Source: Burkholderiaceae bacterium | GTDB lineage: Bacteria > Pseudomonadota > Gammaproteobacteria > Burkholderiales > Burkholderiaceae | Assembly: GCA_947373615.1 (NCBI GenBank) | Contig: CANBYN010000001.1 | Span: forward strand, 1-43,276 | Direction of reading: 5' to 3' | DNA: 43,276 bases | In this document: in pieces, positions 1 through 9,238 of the stretch | Layout: the number at the start of each line of letters is the position of its first letter | Position numbering within the stretch: the first letter of the stretch is position 1 | Notes under the pieces: model-generated | Databases searched by the model: none | Told to the model about the DNA's origin: nothing | What the model saw: only the letters and a program-made list of their open reading frames with translations | Made by a program: the position numbers and the translations under genes

Positions 1-1020
1 AATACACCCGTTCAGATTGCTGATGAGTTTCGCAATCTTGCGCTCTCATTTGTGGTCATGTGGAGTGTTTCACGCATTCCACCCAAGTGGTTAGAGACGG
101 GTGCTGTTTGGATATATGGTCTTGGTGTTGCTCTCTTAATTGGAGTTGCTGCCTTTGGATTAATTAAAAAAGGGGCTCGTCGTTGGCTCAATATTGGAGT
201 CGTTATTCAGCCATCTGAAATTATGAAAATCGCAATGCCACTCATGCTAGCTTGGTACTTTCAAAAACGTGAGGGCATTCAGAAATCCTGGGACTATGGT
301 GTTGCCGCAGTTATTTTGGCAATACCAGTTTTTCTCATTGCAAGGCAACCCGACCTGGGAACTGCGCTCTTAGTTTTTGCGGCGGGACTTTACATCATCA
401 TCTTGGCTGGTCTTCCTTGGAAATGGATTCTGCCATTCGTTGGTCTTGGCGTGGTAGGCATTTTTCTAATTGTTATTTTCGGCAATACCATTTGCGCGCA
501 AGATGTTGACTGGCCGTTTGTACACGACTACCAAAAACATCGCATCTGCACTTTATTGGATCCAGCTAGCGATCCCCTTGGAAAAGGATTTCACACCATT
601 CAATCAATGATCGCCATTGGTTCTGGTGGATTTTTTGGTAAAGGATGGTTTCAGGGAACGCAAGCGCATTTGGAATTTATCCCAGAAAAACATACGGACT
701 TTGTATTTGCTGTTTTTTCAGAAGAGTTTGGGCTTTTAGGCAATCTCATATTGCTTGCACTTTTCTTTGCCCTCATTAAAAGGGGGTTGGCAATCTCTGC
801 AAGTGCGCCTAACTTATTTACGCGATTATTGGGTGCTGCCATCACCCTGATCTTCTTTACTTACGCATTTGTAAACATTGGCATGGTAAGCGGCCTACTT
901 CCAGTGGTAGGTGTGCCTCTACCATTTATTAGTTATGGCGGTACAGCGCTGGTAACCTTAGGATTTGGTGCGGGAATCTTAATGAGCATTCATCGTCATC
1001 GCCGCTTAGTCCAAAGTTAA
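1..1020 (+). CDS. rodA: Rod shape-determining protein RodA (SEDS family), 5' end outside window
   Basis: SEDS motifs GARRW, QPSEIMK, QPDLGT, IGSGG..GKG, PEKHTDF, PFISYGG; multi-TM protein. Confidence 0.93.
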   Translation, partial: NTPVQIADEFRNLALSFVVMWSVSRIPPKWLETGAVWIYGLGVALLIGVAAFGLIKKGARRWLNIGVVIQPSEIMKIAMPLMLAWYFQKREGIQKSWDYGVAAVILAIPVFLIARQPDLGTALLVFAAGLYIIILAGLPWKWILPFVGLGVVGIFLIVIFGNTICAQDVDWPFVHDYQKHRICTLLDPASDPLGKGFHTIQSMIAIGSGGFFGKGWFQGTQAHLEFIPEKHTDFVFAVFSEEFGLLGNLILLALFFALIKRGLAISASAPNLFTRLLGAAITLIFFTYAFVNIGMVSGLLPVVGVPLPFISYGGTALVTLGFGAGILMSIHRHRRLVQS

Positions 1021-1045
1021 TTCAATAACAGATATTTAAGAGCTC

Positions 1046-1079
1046 AATAAAAAAGCCCGGTATTCCGGGCTTTTTTATT
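1046..1079. terminator. Bidirectional intrinsic terminator between convergent rodA and HU gene
   Basis: AATAAAAAAGCCCGG-TATT-CCGGGCTTTTTTATT perfect inverted repeat with A/T tracts on both sides. Confidence 0.9.
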
Positions 1080-1092
1080 AACAAGAGAAGAA

Positions 1093-1377
1093 TTACTTCT
1101 TACGCTTGTTAACTGAATCTTTAAATGCTTTACCAGCAGAAAACTTAACAGTTTTAGCAGCGGCGATTTTAAGTGGTTCGCCAGTTTTTGGGTTACGACC
1201 CATACGTGCAGCACGTTTGCCAGATGCAAAAGTACCAAAGCCGATCAGTTGTACTGAGTCACCTTTAGTAACGGCTTTAATGATTGTGTCGATAGCAGAA
1301 TTCAATGCGAATTCAGCTTTAGCTTTAGAGATCTCCGCGTCGTCAGCAATCGCTGCGATTAGTTCGGCTTTGTTCAA
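1093..1377 (-). CDS. hupB: DNA-binding protein HU (probable TTG start at 1377)
   Basis: NKAELI...GFGTF...[12 protein letters not shown].....A...VKF.AGK.FKD signature; AAGGAG SD 6 nt before in-frame TTG at 1377. Confidence 0.9.
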   Translation of the reverse strand: MNKAELIAAIADDAEISKAKAEFALNSAIDTIIKAVTKGDSVQLIGFGTFASGKRAARMGRNPKTGEPLKIAAAKTVKFSAGKAFKDSVNKRKK

Positions 1378-1488
1378 GTGAAGCTCCTTATAGATAGTGA
1401 TGTCAGCGCACATTACGCTTAATTGATTTTAACAACAAAAAATTGAAAGAATAAAGTTTCGATACGGCAATTTTTAATTGCCTACACA

Positions 1489-1854
1489 TTATTCATCCAA
1501 AACTGTAATGCCGGAAACAAAATATTCCGTATCTCCAAAACAAGTTGTTGGCAGTCCAATGTGCTGATCGTACTTTAGAGCCACTTTCTTGCCTAAATTC
1601 GCATTTATTTTTTGCGCCACAGCATCTTCGTGCACCGTAAAGAAGAATTTTTCCGACATAGTGCCAGGCATAGAAACCATTGCTAATTCGCCCTCCCAGG
1701 TTTTGCATAAGTACCCCCGATTGGAAAATTTCTGGACGTATCCGGCACGCTCCCCACTCCCATAGCTCCATGTCAACATGACCCATGTATAAGCCGAAAT
1801 CCCGGCTATCCCAATTAAAACAAGGCTTAAGAGCCACTTTATAAACCCATTCAT
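1489..1854 (-). CDS. Conserved hypothetical membrane-anchored protein
   Basis: 121 aa, N-terminal TM helix, G.RAGYVQKFS.RG..CKTWEGEL motif; AAGGGG SD upstream. Confidence 0.75.
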   Translation of the reverse strand: MNGFIKWLLSLVLIGIAGISAYTWVMLTWSYGSGERAGYVQKFSNRGYLCKTWEGELAMVSMPGTMSEKFFFTVHEDAVAQKINANLGKKVALKYDQHIGLPTTCFGDTEYFVSGITVLDE

Positions 1855-2005
1855 CAGATATCCCCTTAATCTAACCCCACAAAAACCCTAATCGGTTCAA
1901 AACCTACTTTATCGCAGTATATGGGCTTAACAAGAGAAGAAATAGTCCGCTAGCCCCCATATATCAAATTAAAATGAGGTCTGTTACTTCAGAGTGGTAA
2001 GCCTC

Positions 2006-2908
2006 ATGCAAATTCGTCATATTGTCTTTTTCATTTTTATTGTATCGGCTCTTTATGTGTATTTTCGAGGCAGAGTTCGTTTTGGGGTCGTCCGATCACT
2101 TACTGATTACCAAGTTCTTTTAGCGCCAATTAACACACTTCTTTACCTCTTTTCCAAAGTAAAAGCTGGCGCATTTATTCCTGTAAGTCAGTTTCCAGAA
2201 ATGAAGCCGCTGCAAGATAACTGGGAAGTCATTCGCAAAGAGGCGCTTTCCTTACACGCAGACGGAGCCATTGCTGCGGCAACTGGTTACAACGACATTG
2301 GCTTTAATTCCTTCTTTCGTACTGGTTGGAAACGTTTTTATCTATGCTGGTACGGCAAAGATGTGCCATCGGCTCAAGCAAATTGCCCAAAAACTGTAGC
2401 CCTACTCAAATCAATTCCCTCAATTAAAGCTGCCATGTTTGCCTCCCTCCCGCCAAGCGCGACGCTGGTAAGGCACCGCGATCCCTATGCTGGGTCTTTA
2501 CGCTATCACATCGGTCTAGTTACGCCCAATGACCCAAAATGCTTTATTGAGGTCGATGGCGAGCGTTACTTCTGGAAAGATGGAGAGCCCGTTATGTTCG
2601 ATGAGACTTACATTCATTTTGCGGCTAATGAAACAGATCAGCAACGGATTGTTTTATTTTGTGATGTTGAACGTCCTGTGCACACGAAAATCATTCAGAC
2701 ATTTAACCGCTGGTTTGGTCGATACGTTATGAGTGCCGCCTCATCCCAAAATGTTGAAGGTGAAAAAATTGGCTTTGTGAATGTTTTATTTACCTATTTT
2801 TATCAGCTCAGAGCTCAAGCAAAAAAACTGAAAGCAAAGCATCGTTCTGTTTATTATGTAGGGAAATGGGTGCTTATTTTGGGAATCTTATGGTCTATTT
2901 TTTGGTAA
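2006..2908 (+). CDS. lpxO: Lipid A hydroxylase LpxO / Asp-Asn beta-hydroxylase family
   Basis: HRDPYAGSLRYH and FDETYIH Fe(II)/2OG motifs, GWKRFYL; TM helices at both ends. Confidence 0.85.
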   Translation: MQIRHIVFFIFIVSALYVYFRGRVRFGVVRSLTDYQVLLAPINTLLYLFSKVKAGAFIPVSQFPEMKPLQDNWEVIRKEALSLHADGAIAAATGYNDIGFNSFFRTGWKRFYLCWYGKDVPSAQANCPKTVALLKSIPSIKAAMFASLPPSATLVRHRDPYAGSLRYHIGLVTPNDPKCFIEVDGERYFWKDGEPVMFDETYIHFAANETDQQRIVLFCDVERPVHTKIIQTFNRWFGRYVMSAASSQNVEGEKIGFVNVLFTYFYQLRAQAKKLKAKHRSVYYVGKWVLILGILWSIFW

Positions 2909-2923
2909 ATCATAGCCTCAAAA

Positions 2924-3220
2924 TCAGGGTTTTAATGCTTGAATAATTTGCTCTGGGCTAATAGATCCCCAAATTTCTATCTTTTTTTTGCGGCTATTTT
3001 GGCCTGATACAAATTGAATTTGCTTTTGAGGGACTCTTAATTTTTTAGAAAGCCAGACCAATAAAAGCTCATTAGCCTTATTTTCAAGGGCTGGCGCCTG
3101 CAGGGAAATCTTTAAGCATCCATCATGCAACCCCACCACTTTTGTTATCTTTGCGCCTGGCTGGCAGTGCAGATTTAATGTAATTCCAGCAGGGGTTTGT
3201 TTTAACCAAATAGGCATCAT
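2924..3220 (-). CDS. DUF167 (YggU/UPF0235) family protein
   Basis: QPGAK...LKI.LQAPALENKAN..L...L.......I..VSGQNSRKK pattern. Confidence 0.85.
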   Translation of the reverse strand: MMPIWLKQTPAGITLNLHCQPGAKITKVVGLHDGCLKISLQAPALENKANELLLVWLSKKLRVPQKQIQFVSGQNSRKKKIEIWGSISPEQIIQALKP

Positions 3221-3242
3221 TAAAGTACTTTAAACTGAAACC

Positions 3243-3914
3243 ATGTCGCACAAAAATTCTCAAGCTCTAGAACACCTATTTACCAATAATCGTCAATGGG
3301 CAGAAGGCATGATTGCCAAGGATCCAGACTTCTTTAAGCGCTTAGTTAATCAACAGGCGCCCGAGTATCTTTGGATTGGTTGTGCCGACAGCCGCGTACC
3401 AGCAAACGACATTGTCAATCTATTGCCTGGCGAACTCTTTGTGCATCGTAATGTAGCAAATGTTGTTGTTCATACCGACCTCAATTGTTTATCAGTCATT
3501 CAATTTGCAATTGACTTACTTAAGGTAAAGCACATCTTGGTGGTGGGTCACTATGGCTGTGCTGGTGTTCATGCTGCACTAAGTGATAGGCGCGTTGGTC
3601 TTGCCGATAATTGGCTGCGACACGTAAAAGACGTACATCAAAAACATGAGCGCTATCTAGGGGAAATGCTTCCTACTCCGAAGCGCCAAGATCGTCTATG
3701 CGAACTTAATGTGATTGAGCAAGTGGTCAATGTCTGTGAAACAACCATCGTACAAGATGCTTGGTCAAGAGGGCAGGATCTTACAGTGCATGGTTGGGCA
3801 TATCGTTTAGATACAGGCTTAGTAAATGACTTGGGTATGTCAATTAGCTCAACGCATGAAATGCAGGAGCGTTACGCTAAATCAATCAAGCGTTACGAAT
3901 CTCCGAACAACTAG
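3243..3914 (+). CDS. can: Beta-class carbonic anhydrase
   Basis: CADSRVP and HYGC zinc ligands; GELFVHRNVAN. Confidence 0.95.
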   Translation: MSHKNSQALEHLFTNNRQWAEGMIAKDPDFFKRLVNQQAPEYLWIGCADSRVPANDIVNLLPGELFVHRNVANVVVHTDLNCLSVIQFAIDLLKVKHILVVGHYGCAGVHAALSDRRVGLADNWLRHVKDVHQKHERYLGEMLPTPKRQDRLCELNVIEQVVNVCETTIVQDAWSRGQDLTVHGWAYRLDTGLVNDLGMSISSTHEMQERYAKSIKRYESPNN

Positions 3915-3915
3915 C

Positions 3916-4815
3916 TTGCTTAAATCCCTTTCAAACCAAGCGGTTGTTGTACTTCTTAAATTACTACCGCTTCTGCCCTATAAGTTGTTGGTCTCTGTTG
4001 GTTATGGCCTAGGTTATATTGCTTCACGCATCCCTAGCGACAGGAATCGCGTAGTCAAAACTAATTTGCATATGTGCTTTCCTAATTTGGACTCAATAGA
4101 AATTGATCTTCTTAGTAAGCAGCACTGGAGATTGCTGGGACGTAGTCTTGTGGAGAAAAGCATCATCTGGTGTGGTACCACCAAACAGCTGAGCCAAATG
4201 ATTGAAGTCAAATCAGCAGTTGATCTTTCGAGCAAAAAACCTCGTATTTTAGTTAATATGCATTTCACTGGAATAGAGGGCAGCATTATTTTGAGCGCTC
4301 TTTCCAAAGAGAAGCATTGGCCTCGTACTTCGGGATTTTTTCAAAGAATGAAAAATCCATTCTTCAACAAAAAGATTGTTGAGTGGCGTAATCGTTTTGG
4401 CGGAAACTCAATTGATCGGCAAGGCAACACCAAAGAAATCATTAGAGAAATTCGCAATGGTGATTTAATCATTATCGCTCCAGATCTTGATTTGGGCCTC
4501 CAGAACTCAATGTTTGTTCCTTTTTTTGGAATTCAAACCAATACCATTACGACGATCTCGCGTTTGGCTAAAATTACTGGTGCGGAAGTATGCTTGATGA
4601 CCACCACTTTAAAAGCTGATGAATCTGGCTATCTATGTGAGATTAGCAAGCCTTTAGAAAACTTTCCCGGGCAAGACCCTAAGTCAGATACCGCACGACT
4701 AAATCAATATTTTGAAAATGAAATTCGTTTGCGTCCAGCCGAATACTATTGGGTTCATAAACGCTTTAAAAATCGCCCTCCGAACGAGGCAAACCCCTAC
4801 AACCCTTTTATCTAA
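3916..4815 (+). CDS. Lipid A late acyltransferase (LpxL/HtrB family); probable TTG start at 3916
   Basis: HFTGIE (H-x4-D/E-like) motif, VPFFG, C-terminal PAEYYWVHKRFK. Confidence 0.85.
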   Translation: MLKSLSNQAVVVLLKLLPLLPYKLLVSVGYGLGYIASRIPSDRNRVVKTNLHMCFPNLDSIEIDLLSKQHWRLLGRSLVEKSIIWCGTTKQLSQMIEVKSAVDLSSKKPRILVNMHFTGIEGSIILSALSKEKHWPRTSGFFQRMKNPFFNKKIVEWRNRFGGNSIDRQGNTKEIIREIRNGDLIIIAPDLDLGLQNSMFVPFFGIQTNTITTISRLAKITGAEVCLMTTTLKADESGYLCEISKPLENFPGQDPKSDTARLNQYFENEIRLRPAEYYWVHKRFKNRPPNEANPYNPFI

Positions 4816-4840
4816 AGGACTTTTGTCCTATCATTCATAG

Positions 4841-5593
4841 ATGACTGAACGTATTGGGCTATTTGCCGATCTCCATAGCAATTTAGAAGCTTTTGAAGCC
4901 TGTCTTGTTCGCGCCGAAGAGCTTGGTGTTACCCGTATGGTGTTCTTGGGTGATATCGTCGGCTACAACGCAGATCCTGCGGCCGTCATTGATCGCATAG
5001 CTGATTTGGTAGCAAACAAAAAGGCTGTTGCAGTTCTGGGCAATCATGACGAAGCCGTGTTTAAAGATAGTCGTGATCAGATGAATGACAGCGCAAATGC
5101 TGCTATTGAATGGACTAAGACTCAACTCAATGATGGCCATGTACAGTTTCTCAAAGATCTGCCACTCATTATTCATGAAGAAAAAATTTGTTTTGTTCAT
5201 GCCTCAGCGTACAAACCCTCAGAATGGAACTACGTTACAGAAAGTATGAGTGCTTGGCGTTGCGCTCAGGAGGCGGGCAAGAGCTATACCTTTGTAGGCC
5301 ATGCACATGAGCAGGCGCTTTTTTATCAAAGCGCCGTTGGAAAACTGATTCGCTTTTCACCCCATCCAGGCGATGAAATTCCAGTCTTGCCGCATCGTCA
5401 ATGGGTTGGTGTTGTTGGCTCCCTTGGCCAGCCAAGAGATGGAAACCCAGAAGCATGCTTTGCCGTATTCGAGCCAGACTCTCAATTGCTCACATTTCAC
5501 CGCACGCCTTACGATCACTTTGCTGCTGCTGAAAAAGTTCGGCGCGCTGGGTTACCAGAAGATTTGGCTACCCGTTTAATTACTGGAAAATAA
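4841..5593 (+). CDS. Calcineurin-like metallophosphoesterase
   Basis: DLHSN, GDIVGY, GNHD, GHAH, GSLGQPRDG motifs. Confidence 0.9.
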   Translation: MTERIGLFADLHSNLEAFEACLVRAEELGVTRMVFLGDIVGYNADPAAVIDRIADLVANKKAVAVLGNHDEAVFKDSRDQMNDSANAAIEWTKTQLNDGHVQFLKDLPLIIHEEKICFVHASAYKPSEWNYVTESMSAWRCAQEAGKSYTFVGHAHEQALFYQSAVGKLIRFSPHPGDEIPVLPHRQWVGVVGSLGQPRDGNPEACFAVFEPDSQLLTFHRTPYDHFAAAEKVRRAGLPEDLATRLITGK

Positions 5594-5596
5594 ATA

Positions 5597-7015
5597 ATGT
5601 CTCTCATGCCTGATATTCAAGCAGTAGACGAGATATTTCAAGAAGGAAAAGTGGTTGATGGCTTTGTCTTGGGCAAAGAAGTACACCGTGGGGGCATGGC
5701 AAGTCTTTTCTCTGCCACCAAAGACGGGATTGATATTCCTATCCTGCTCAAAATTCCACGTGTTGGCCGAGACCAGCCAGTTGAAAGTTTGATTGGCTTT
5801 GAAACTGAGCTCACCATATTGCGCTCCCTAAAAAGTCCTTATATTCCAAAATATTTGGGCTACGGCAGTATGGCGACTCATCCTTATATTGCAATGGAAC
5901 GAGTTGAGGGTCGGCCCCTTGAAGACCTCATTAAAGATGGCAAACAGTTCACAATTGATGAGGTGGTGCGAATCGGAGCCGATCTTGCACAGGCAGTGCA
6001 ATCTCTACACGCGCAAGATGCTATTCATTTGGACATCAAACCAGAAAATATTTTGATTGATGACAAAGGAAAATTAACGCTTATTGATTTTGGCTTATCG
6101 CATCATGCTCGCTATCCTGATTTGCTGGCAGAAGAGATGCGCAAGGGAATAGGTTCAGCGCCCTATATTTCGCCAGAGCAAGTCGCCGGTATTCGCTCTG
6201 ATTCTCGTAGTGATATTTTTTCCATCGGCGTCATCATGTATGAATTGCTGACTGGGGAACTTCCTTTTGGCAATCCTCAGTCTATGAGTGGCCTGAGAAA
6301 GCGGATGTGGGCAGAACCATTCCCACCTAGAGCATTACACAGGGAAATTCCTCGATGGTTGCAGGAAGTGATCTTAAGATGCTTAGAACCTCGCGCGGCT
6401 GATCGTTATCAAAGCGCATCACGTTTACGCCAAATGCTACGCGATCCAGAGGGAGTCAAAATTACTGAGCGGGGAGAGCGCGTAGAACCCCCTAGCTTTT
6501 GGGATAGCTTCAAAAAGTGGCTTAAAGCGGCAGGCTATGAACCCTCACCAAGTCCGCGCCCCAGCATGGGCAATCAGGATGCGCCTCTCATGGTTGCCGC
6601 AATTGATACTCGTCAATCTGACGAAGATCTTCGAGAGCGCATGCAACTCACTACCAAAAACTTATTGCAGGCCTATCCCGAAAGTCGCTTAGTTTGCTTA
6701 AGCACAATTGCGAGCACGCCAACCTATGAAGGTAAACACGAAAGCGAAACGGCAAGTGGCATTGTGCGCGGCCACCTAGTGCAATTAATCGAATGGGCTA
6801 AGCCCTTAAAACTTCCACCTGAGAGAATTTCTTATCACGTACTAGAAGCGCTTGATCCTGCCTCACGTATTGTGGAGTTTGCCAAAGACAATGACGCTTC
6901 GCTTATTTTGATTGGTGCATCACATAAGCTACCTAATAAAGTAACGCCGTGGAGAACCTCGATGACAAAAATTGTCGAAGAGGCCCCGTGCAGCGTTCAC
7001 ATTGTTAGAACTTAA
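5597..7015 (+). CDS. Hanks-type Ser/Thr protein kinase fused to a C-terminal universal stress protein domain
   Basis: GGMA, HLDIKPEN, DFG, SPE, DIFSIG kinase motifs; USP-like C-terminus (LILIGAS...IVEEAPCSVHIVR). Confidence 0.9.
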   Translation: MSLMPDIQAVDEIFQEGKVVDGFVLGKEVHRGGMASLFSATKDGIDIPILLKIPRVGRDQPVESLIGFETELTILRSLKSPYIPKYLGYGSMATHPYIAMERVEGRPLEDLIKDGKQFTIDEVVRIGADLAQAVQSLHAQDAIHLDIKPENILIDDKGKLTLIDFGLSHHARYPDLLAEEMRKGIGSAPYISPEQVAGIRSDSRSDIFSIGVIMYELLTGELPFGNPQSMSGLRKRMWAEPFPPRALHREIPRWLQEVILRCLEPRAADRYQSASRLRQMLRDPEGVKITERGERVEPPSFWDSFKKWLKAAGYEPSPSPRPSMGNQDAPLMVAAIDTRQSDEDLRERMQLTTKNLLQAYPESRLVCLSTIASTPTYEGKHESETASGIVRGHLVQLIEWAKPLKLPPERISYHVLEALDPASRIVEFAKDNDASLILIGASHKLPNKVTPWRTSMTKIVEEAPCSVHIVRT

Positions 7016-7017
7016 AC

Positions 7018-8346
7018 TTAATGCATCTTTTCTTGTTTTTGGTCTAACAAAATTTCTGGTTCTTGAGCCTCGATCCAGCCGTCACGATTGAGCGCTCGAG
7101 TTAATTGCTTCTGATCTAATTCACCAGTCCACTTCGCCACAACAATCGTAGCAACACCATTACCAACTAAATTAGTAAGTGCACGTGCTTCAGACATAAA
7201 GCGGTCGATTCCCAGAATAATCGCCAAGCCAGCAACGGGCACATTGCCTACTGCAGACAATGTTGCTGCCAATACAATGAAGCCACTGCCTGTAACGCCT
7301 GCCGCACCCTTTGAGGTTAGTAACAGGACTAGCAAGAGCGTTACCTGCTGGATAATGGTCATCGGGGTATCTGTAGCCTGCGCAATAAATACTGCAGCCA
7401 TCGTTAAATAGATAGATGTTCCATCTAAATTAAAAGAATACCCCGTTGGAATTACCAATCCTACGCAGCTTTTCTTGGCGCCCAACAACTCCATTTTTTC
7501 CATCATGCGTGGTAATACAGATTCTGAAGAGGAGGTACCCAAAACAATTAAGAGCTCTTCTTTGATATAGCGAACAAATTTAAAAATATTAAATCCATTA
7601 ATCCGCGCGATGATTCCTAGCACAATGAAGACGAAGAGCAGGCAGGTAATGTAAAACGCCCCCATCAATTTTCCCAAAGAAAATAATGAACCAACCCCGT
7701 ATTTGCCAATCGTAAAAGCCATTGCACCAAATGCGCCGATAGGTGCAAATTTCATAATGATGCCAATGATGTCAAAAAGCACGTGGGATGTCTTTTCAAT
7801 CAAATCAAAAACCATCGTTCCACGGCCACCAAACTTGTGCAATGCAAATCCAAATAGCACTGCAATAAACAGCACTTGCAATATTTCACCCTTCGCAAAT
7901 GCATCAACAGCCGTGCTTGGAATGATGTTAAGCAAGAACTCTGTAGTTGTACCAATCTTCCCGGGCCCAGTGTATGCAGCAATTCCTTTAGTATCCAAAC
8001 TGGCGGGGTCGATATTCATTCCAGCGCCTGGTTGCAATACATTCACCACAACTAAACCAACAATTAATGCGATGGAGCTAACAACTTCAAAATAAAGAAG
8101 GGCAAGACCGCCCGTTTTACCGACTTTCTTCATATCCTCCATACCGGCAATGCCCAGGACCACCGTACAGAAAATGATGGGGGCAATCATCATCTTGATG
8201 CTTTTGATAAACGCATCACCAAAAGGTTTCATATCAACCCCGATGGATGGATAGAAATGCCCCAATAAAACCCCCACTACAACAGCTGTAAGTACTTGAA
8301 AATAAAGGATTTTATAAAATGGTGGCTTTTTTAATATTGCAGTCAT
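7018..8346 (-). CDS. dctA: C4-dicarboxylate:H+ symporter DctA
   Basis: [39 protein letters not shown] motifs. Confidence 0.95.
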   Translation of the reverse strand: MTAILKKPPFYKILYFQVLTAVVVGVLLGHFYPSIGVDMKPFGDAFIKSIKMMIAPIIFCTVVLGIAGMEDMKKVGKTGGLALLYFEVVSSIALIVGLVVVNVLQPGAGMNIDPASLDTKGIAAYTGPGKIGTTTEFLLNIIPSTAVDAFAKGEILQVLFIAVLFGFALHKFGGRGTMVFDLIEKTSHVLFDIIGIIMKFAPIGAFGAMAFTIGKYGVGSLFSLGKLMGAFYITCLLFVFIVLGIIARINGFNIFKFVRYIKEELLIVLGTSSSESVLPRMMEKMELLGAKKSCVGLVIPTGYSFNLDGTSIYLTMAAVFIAQATDTPMTIIQQVTLLLVLLLTSKGAAGVTGSGFIVLAATLSAVGNVPVAGLAIILGIDRFMSEARALTNLVGNGVATIVVAKWTGELDQKQLTRALNRDGWIEAQEPEILLDQKQEKMH

Positions 8347-8450
8347 GATGTCTTCCCTTATTTAATTATTTGTCAGCAGTATGAGGTGGTAACTAATACA
8401 ACATATTACTCTGAACCTTACAAGGCCTACCTTTACCCGATAATGCAGTC

Positions 8451-9188
8451 ATGGAAGAAAAAATTCGTGTCTCTAAACTACTATCGGAGCTTGGCCTTTG
8501 CTCACGTCGTGAGGCTGACTCTTACATAGAGCAAGGCTTGGTAACTGTTGACGGAATTGTAGTCAATGAGCTTGGCGTACGAGCCTTTCGTCATCAAAAA
8601 ATTGAGTTGCAATCTGGCGCCAAGGCACAGCAAGCATCACGCATTACGGTCATTCTCAATAAGCCCGTTGGCTATATCTCTCACTATGATGATGAGCAGG
8701 AGTATCAACCAGCCGCTTCCTTGATCACGCCTGAGAACTACTTTGCAAACCCATTAGATAAAGGTAGAAACCCTCGTTTTAATACCAAGGGTCTAGCTCC
8801 CGCTGGCCGACTAGATATTGACTCTACTGGCATGTTGGTGCTTACTCAAGATGGACGAATCGCCAAATTACTGATTGGTGAAAATAGTCCTATTGAAAAA
8901 GAATATTTAGTGCGCGTTGAAGGCAGGCTTTCATTTGAAGATCTGGATCGCCTAAGACATGGCCTATCCCTAGATGGCGTTGAGCTAAAACCCGCTCAAG
9001 TAAGTTGGCAGAACGAAGATCAACTTCGCTTTGTGTTGCGCGAAGGACGTAAGCGTCAGATTCGTAGAATGTGTGAAATGGTTGGCCTTAAAGTCATCGG
9101 CTTAAAACGCGTGCGCATGGGTCGCCTCTCCTTAGGCGCGCTACCCCCTGGTCAATGGCGTTATGTAAGGCCTGAAGAGCAATTCTAA
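8451..9188 (+). CDS. rRNA pseudouridine synthase, RsuA/RluB/RluF family with S4 domain
   Basis: CSRREAD S4 start, NKPVG, GRLD catalytic motif, EGRKRQIRRM. Confidence 0.9.
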   Translation: MEEKIRVSKLLSELGLCSRREADSYIEQGLVTVDGIVVNELGVRAFRHQKIELQSGAKAQQASRITVILNKPVGYISHYDDEQEYQPAASLITPENYFANPLDKGRNPRFNTKGLAPAGRLDIDSTGMLVLTQDGRIAKLLIGENSPIEKEYLVRVEGRLSFEDLDRLRHGLSLDGVELKPAQVSWQNEDQLRFVLREGRKRQIRRMCEMVGLKVIGLKRVRMGRLSLGALPPGQWRYVRPEEQF

Positions 9189-9203
9189 GCAGGTCCACAA
9201 GCT

Positions 9204-9209
9204 TATAAT
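9204..9209 (+). promoter_or_regulatory. Candidate -10 box of prfC promoter
   Basis: Perfect TATAAT 30 nt upstream of the proposed ATT start. Confidence 0.5.
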
Positions 9210-9238
9210 TGCCTCCCAACCAGATTAACTAGCGCAGA

